Shown: one piece after another, positions 27,874 through 32,000 of the stretch
Layout of the letters: every line of letters starts with the position of its first letter
Position numbering within the stretch: position 1 is the first letter of the stretch
Origin: Candidatus Thorarchaeota archaeon
GTDB taxonomy: Archaea > Asgardarchaeota > Thorarchaeia > Thorarchaeales > Thorarchaeaceae
DNA: 32,000 nt
Assembly: GCA_008080745.1 (NCBI GenBank)
Contig: SHMX01000007.1
Coordinates: 60,001-92,000 of the forward strand
Reading direction: 5' to 3'
Program-made: the position numbers and the translations under genes
The notes under the pieces: model-generated
Seen by the model: only the letters and a program-made list of their open reading frames with translations
What the model was told of the DNA's origin: nothing
Database searches by the model: none

Positions 27874-28551
27874 CTATCTAGGTACAAATTCCTCAAGTTC
27901 TCTCTTCTGCTCATTGGTGAGGTCTACATAACCAGCTAGTTTCTCAAAGGAATATCCTTGTAAGAAGTCTCGACCACATTTGAGATGATGCCATTTGTAG
28001 GTGAGTTTCCCATCGAAATATGACGGCTCGCCGATTCGCAGTTCACCCTTTGGAATGGTCTGTTTGCATGTACGACATTTGGCTCTTCCTGATTTAGCAG
28101 GCTCAATTCTCCAAGGGTCGGGCATTCCTTCGAGGTCTGAGGCATCAGCTAAATCTTCCAAGAACTGAAGCACATCTCCTCCTATTAACTCTGGAGTGAG
28201 TTTGATAATGAATCTGTCATAATCAGATGGTTTGTATTCTATCTCCACATTACCATTGGCATATTCTCTAACAATTTCAGTATTCACAGGATAAGCATCT
28301 CTTTCTCGCATATAGTCCAGCATCTGTTCTGTTAGGATATCCGTAGCTTCAGGTTTGGTAATCTGCTTTACACCATTCTCTTCTGCAAATCCATATTCTG
28401 TGGCAATATACGACTGGCCTGTATCCACGACCTCTCTCTCTTTGGTGAGGACCACTACTCCCTCTGGTACTGCTTTCTTTACACGGGGCATCCTAAAGGT
28501 AACAGGATTTATCCAGTATGCCCAGTCAGCCTCATAATCTACCCATTTCAT
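27874..28551 (-). CDS. PARP-type zinc finger (zf-PARP) protein with an uncharacterised N-terminal domain
   Basis: RIEPAKSGRAKCRTCKQTIPKGELRIG...KWHHLKC matches the C-x2-C...H-x2-C PARP/ligase III finger, and the trailing LAGYVDLTNEQKREL helix also fits. Confidence 0.88.
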   Translation of the reverse strand: MKWVDYEADWAYWINPVTFRMPRVKKAVPEGVVVLTKEREVVDTGQSYIATEYGFAEENGVKQITKPEATDILTEQMLDYMRERDAYPVNTEIVREYANGNVEIEYKPSDYDRFIIKLTPELIGGDVLQFLEDLADASDLEGMPDPWRIEPAKSGRAKCRTCKQTIPKGELRIGEPSYFDGKLTYKWHHLKCGRDFLQGYSFEKLAGYVDLTNEQKRELEEFVPR

Positions 28552-28606
28552 GCGAATCGATAAACAATCGGTGGATATGCATATATTTCTTTCATAAGGA
28601 GAAAAG

Positions 28607-28627
28607 AGGAGATCAGTCCGACCTCCT
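28607..28627 (-). terminator. Stem-loop after the M14 peptidase gene
   Basis: Minus strand AGGAGGTC-GGACT-GATCTCCT (8 bp, one G.U), followed by CTTTTCTCCTT. Confidence 0.5.
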
Positions 28628-28640
28628 ACCGCAATGAGTT

Positions 28641-30308
28641 CTATTGCTTTCTCCTATAGAACACTGCCAGTACAACCGCAACGATGGCAATTCCTCCAAT
28701 AACAACGAACACCATTGGATCTAGTGGAGTTTCTGAAGTAACAACAACCTCTAGAAATCCAGTATATTCGTTTCCTACAAACACACTATATCCTTCTTCC
28801 AAATTCGCCTCCTCTGGTAACGTAAATGTTGCTGTTCCAACATCATCGTAACCTAAGGGTGAAGTTGATGTAAGCGACTGGTCTTGTTCATCTAAGATTT
28901 CAATCCCATCAATAGATCCCAGTCGTGTGCTCTGTAGTGTTATCGAGAGACTAACGGTTGACCCGGTCAGGCTGGGACTTACCTGCAACCTTGGTGTGAG
29001 GTCCAGTAAATAATCAAAAGATGGAATCAGGCCCTCCCATAGGTCATCGATATACTCCTTGTCGGGAGTGAAGTATTCGTAGATGCCTGTCCAGTCCTCC
29101 AGTCGGTATGTATCATTCTCAAATATTACTTCAAGAGTGTCATAATTGTCTGCGGAGGCATTATGATATATCTCAAAGGTCATAGGTACGATACAATTCC
29201 GATTAGCATACATCCAGTCATCCCATCCCCCACCCAGAAAAGTTGCTAATTCTGTTTCATCTAAGGATTCTGCTGCGGCATAGCCTACTGCATTATTGAA
29301 TGACGACGGTAGAATCTCATTTAAATCATGAATGACCCCTAGTTGTGCAAGTTCTGTAAGTCTATCATATTCATCAGTTGGCATATAGGTCGCATTTATC
29401 CCTGTATGGAGGGAATAGGAGGCAGCAAAACGGTGTTGTAACGCAAAGTCACGAAATGCCTGCGTTTCGGGTTCTGAAAAAGCAGATGTACCGTGATAGG
29501 TCTGAGCGGTTGGATCTGATGAAGAAGATCCCTGACCAAAATAAGTTGCATAGTTTCTATTCAGGTCTACCAGGCCCACCTCATCTTCATTAAACTCACC
29601 ATCTCCATCATTATCAATTCTCTCATACCAGTAGTCCTGTAAAATCCAATTTGAACCTGGTCCAGAGCGTCTATATTCCAAATAACGAGATATTTCACCA
29701 TCACCATCTACATCATCAAGGGGATCTTCATCATAGAGCCCATCACCATCATTGTCAAATGGTCGTAGATTTTTTCGGAGCCAATAATCCCTCTCATTAA
29801 TCACCCGTTCAAGAGCATCTGGATTCAAGGTCGGAATGACAAAAATCTCTTCAGTATCAACATAATCTGTTATGGTCGCATCAACACCATACTGGTTCAA
29901 CAATCTCTGAACAAATCTGAGAGCTGTTTCCACAGTTACCTGTTCCCTTCCATGATGATGAGCTACTATGAGGGTCTTTGCTTTAGCTGTTGTAATCTCC
30001 TCATTTGTCACTCTGATACAGGTGATATTTCTCCCCTGGTAGCTTTCACCCAGTATTTCGATATCTACGAGTTCTGGAACCGCATTTTCAAATAGCTCAA
30101 TCTCTTCATCAACCATATCCGGGTCATGGAAGACACCATTATAGATCAGGTCCACATCTTCCCATGTTCGGTCAATTGATTTTGGAAGAATCGTGTAAAC
30201 ATCCGTGGAAATCTGACCTAAGGATGTTGCACCTGCCATTGGTATAGTAATTGTTGTTAGAAAGAGCATTAGGAGTACCAGTCTTTTTGCAACTCTAATC
30301 GAAATCAC
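28641..30308 (-). CDS. Secreted, membrane-anchored M14 family zinc carboxypeptidase
   Basis: Zn ligands HHGREQ (HxxE) and SLHTG, plus RKN, DLNRN and catalytic TFEIY. N-terminal signal, C-terminal TM and RRKQ tail. DxDGDG Ca-binding-like insertion. Confidence 0.9.
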   Translation of the reverse strand: MISIRVAKRLVLLMLFLTTITIPMAGATSLGQISTDVYTILPKSIDRTWEDVDLIYNGVFHDPDMVDEEIELFENAVPELVDIEILGESYQGRNITCIRVTNEEITTAKAKTLIVAHHHGREQVTVETALRFVQRLLNQYGVDATITDYVDTEEIFVIPTLNPDALERVINERDYWLRKNLRPFDNDGDGLYDEDPLDDVDGDGEISRYLEYRRSGPGSNWILQDYWYERIDNDGDGEFNEDEVGLVDLNRNYATYFGQGSSSSDPTAQTYHGTSAFSEPETQAFRDFALQHRFAASYSLHTGINATYMPTDEYDRLTELAQLGVIHDLNEILPSSFNNAVGYAAAESLDETELATFLGGGWDDWMYANRNCIVPMTFEIYHNASADNYDTLEVIFENDTYRLEDWTGIYEYFTPDKEYIDDLWEGLIPSFDYLLDLTPRLQVSPSLTGSTVSLSITLQSTRLGSIDGIEILDEQDQSLTSTSPLGYDDVGTATFTLPEEANLEEGYSVFVGNEYTGFLEVVVTSETPLDPMVFVVIGGIAIVAVVLAVFYRRKQ

Positions 30309-30442
30309 CTCTAGATTTAGATATGTCGAAGAAACGAGTTATCTAATCATGGATAGGATGTTCTTTCTTTACATTAAATAGTCTATAGTTCCCAGTAATT
30401 AGATCAGGTCAATTTTGAATAAATAGGGCGAGATTTGAAAAT

Positions 30443-31036
30443 CTACTCAATTATTCGTAATTGGGAATTACTCCGTAAAGGGGTCAGATCGATTTTCTCC
30501 AATGGGTTGTATGATACGTCAATTATCTCTAAATCCTCACAGAATTTTAGAGGGCTTAGATCCAGATTTTCTAGTCTATTTCCAGACAGATACAGCTCTC
30601 GTAGTTTTTTACACACTTCAAGCGGTTGTAGTTCGATAGTTACCAGCTGATTACGGGACAGTGCTAGAATCTCCAAGTTCGGTGTGTAGCGCAGAGTTGT
30701 TAAATCAATGGTACTGATCCGATTTCTTGAAAGCGAAAGGATCTCAAGTCTATTACAATGTTTAAGCGGCGATAGGTCTACCTCCATAAGTTGGTTTGAG
30801 GATAGAAATAGTTCTCTGAGACCCCTACAAGATGCGATAGGACTCAAATCAATCGACTCTAGTTTGTTGTCTGAGAAAGATATCTTCTCCAGTTCTGGAC
30901 ATGAACGTAATACACTCAAATCGATTATGGCAATATCTTCTCCCGATACCTTGAGGCTGGTTCCTCTAATACTGATTCTTTTCTCTCGTTCCTGACCATC
31001 TACATACCTCAAGACGGGAATCTGCTTGTCTGACAT
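30443..31036 (-). CDS. Short leucine-rich repeat protein (LRR-only paralog of 26695..27870)
   Basis: About seven 22-aa LxxLxLSxNxLxxIDLxPL repeats. The N-cap resembles that of the other LRR gene. Start is the ATG at 31036 or the GTG at 31066. Confidence 0.88.
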   Translation of the reverse strand: MSDKQIPVLRYVDGQEREKRISIRGTSLKVSGEDIAIIDLSVLRSCPELEKISFSDNKLESIDLSPIASCRGLRELFLSSNQLMEVDLSPLKHCNRLEILSLSRNRISTIDLTTLRYTPNLEILALSRNQLVTIELQPLEVCKKLRELYLSGNRLENLDLSPLKFCEDLEIIDVSYNPLEKIDLTPLRSNSQLRIIE

Positions 31037-31168
31037 CTTGTTCAACACAGAATCTTGGTGGTACACCTGTATAGTGCAAACTCAATTTAACTATATGATT
31101 TGCTTTCTAACCACTTATAACCGTACAAGAACTACTGTATCAACCTGTATATCCTGTCCGGATATGAA

Positions 31169-31999
31169 TCATCTTCTTTTTCTGAATATTGCCGCCACAA
31201 GGGCTACTACAGCAATCCCTATGATGATATATATCTCCGGAGTAATGATGAACTGTGCTTGTTGGGTTGTTATTGTGAAAGTCTTGTAACCGGTCCAGTT
31301 GTTTCCAAGATGAATGACCACTTCTTCATTCAGAAAACTGGTAGGCAAATCGAGGGTGATTAGGTTATCAACCACTTGGACTGGTCCAATTGGCATGTAC
31401 CACTTGAGTAACTCTCCATCATCAGTAATTATCTCGATTCCCTCTTGGCTACCAAAGTAGGGGCTTTCAATATCCATTTCCATATGTAATCGGATCTGGC
31501 TGCCATTCCCGAGTTCATTTGTTGCTGCTTCCAAATTGGCATGGAATTTCGGTGTTACGTTGAGTAAATAATCAAACGCTGGTGATACGTCCTCCCAGAG
31601 GCTTTGGATATATTGTTCGTCTGGGTTGAAATACTCGTAGATACCATTCCAACGATAAAGCGTATGAGTTGAATTTAGCTGAATGTGTTCTTCCAGGTCA
31701 GGCGCTGTGTGATTAGTGTATATCTCAAAAGTGACTGGCAACACGGTATCTCGTTTATGATACATCCATTCACGCCAGAGACCGGATTCATCAGCCTCCA
31801 CTGTGAGTGATAACTTATCATTGACTGCCACATAGGGTGGTCCGATAGGCTTGTTAAAGCTTCGTGGAAGCATGTTATTGAAGTCAGCCATCACGTTATC
31901 ATATATGATGGGTTCAACATACATTTGGTCTGCATCAGTACTAAGATATGTGGCATTTACACCAGAATGAAGTGAATATGCTGCGGTAAATTTATGCTG
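31169..31999 (-). CDS. M14 family zinc carboxypeptidase paralog, 5' end outside the window
   Basis: The frame is open to the window edge (QHKFTAAYSLHSGVNATY vs QHRFAASYSLHTGINATY in the paralog). WMY...PVTFEIY, GIYEYFNP..QYI..LW, C-terminal TM and RKRR tail. Confidence 0.9.
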   Translation of the reverse strand, partial: QHKFTAAYSLHSGVNATYLSTDADQMYVEPIIYDNVMADFNNMLPRSFNKPIGPPYVAVNDKLSLTVEADESGLWREWMYHKRDTVLPVTFEIYTNHTAPDLEEHIQLNSTHTLYRWNGIYEYFNPDEQYIQSLWEDVSPAFDYLLNVTPKFHANLEAATNELGNGSQIRLHMEMDIESPYFGSQEGIEIITDDGELLKWYMPIGPVQVVDNLITLDLPTSFLNEEVVIHLGNNWTGYKTFTITTQQAQFIITPEIYIIIGIAVVALVAAIFRKRR

Positions 32000-32000
32000 C

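Noticed and set aside
27874-28551. Calling this a PARP or DNA ligase
   Set aside because: There is no ADP-ribosyltransferase, WGR, BRCT or ligase domain, and the protein is only 225 aa.

Overview
This is a 32 kb gene-dense archaeal window. It is most likely an Asgard archaeon of the Thorarchaeia type; this is an inference from GGTG-type Shine-Dalgarno motifs, TATA-like promoters, paralogous IDLSP-type LRR proteins and many C-terminally anchored secreted proteins. It holds 19 complete and 2 edge-truncated CDSs, and I found no rRNA, tRNA, CRISPR array or intact mobile element. In order: (1) a 5'-truncated giant single-pass surface protein (FG-GAP/VCBS-like propeller, about 65 long plus 16 short Asp-rich Ca-binding TSP3-like repeats, a TM helix and a cytosolic beta-sandwich resembling the beta-COP/adaptin appendage); (2) an AT-rich gap with a possible decayed gene; (3) a metallophosphoesterase resembling the fungal DUF2433/Dbr1-like clade; (4) a tightly coupled GHKL (MORC/MutL/Hsp90-like) ATPase plus helical partner; (5) a TPR protein and a 1095-aa GNAT fusion; (6) a four-gene operon (two paralogous 6-TM proteins, ArsR-type regulator, DUF4097-like protein) with repeated TCAAACGTTTGA-like palindromes upstream; (7) an SBBP/FN3 surface protein, a 7-TM protein, a GT-C glycosyltransferase, a class I GATase and a CorA-like protein; (8) two LRR proteins, a PARP-type zinc-finger protein and two paralogous M14 carboxypeptidases. 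The best leads are the coat-appendage-like tail on the giant receptor, the DUF2433-like phosphoesterase, the GHKL two-gene module and the zf-PARP protein. All family assignments come from motif recognition and remembered consensus sequences; no database search was run.
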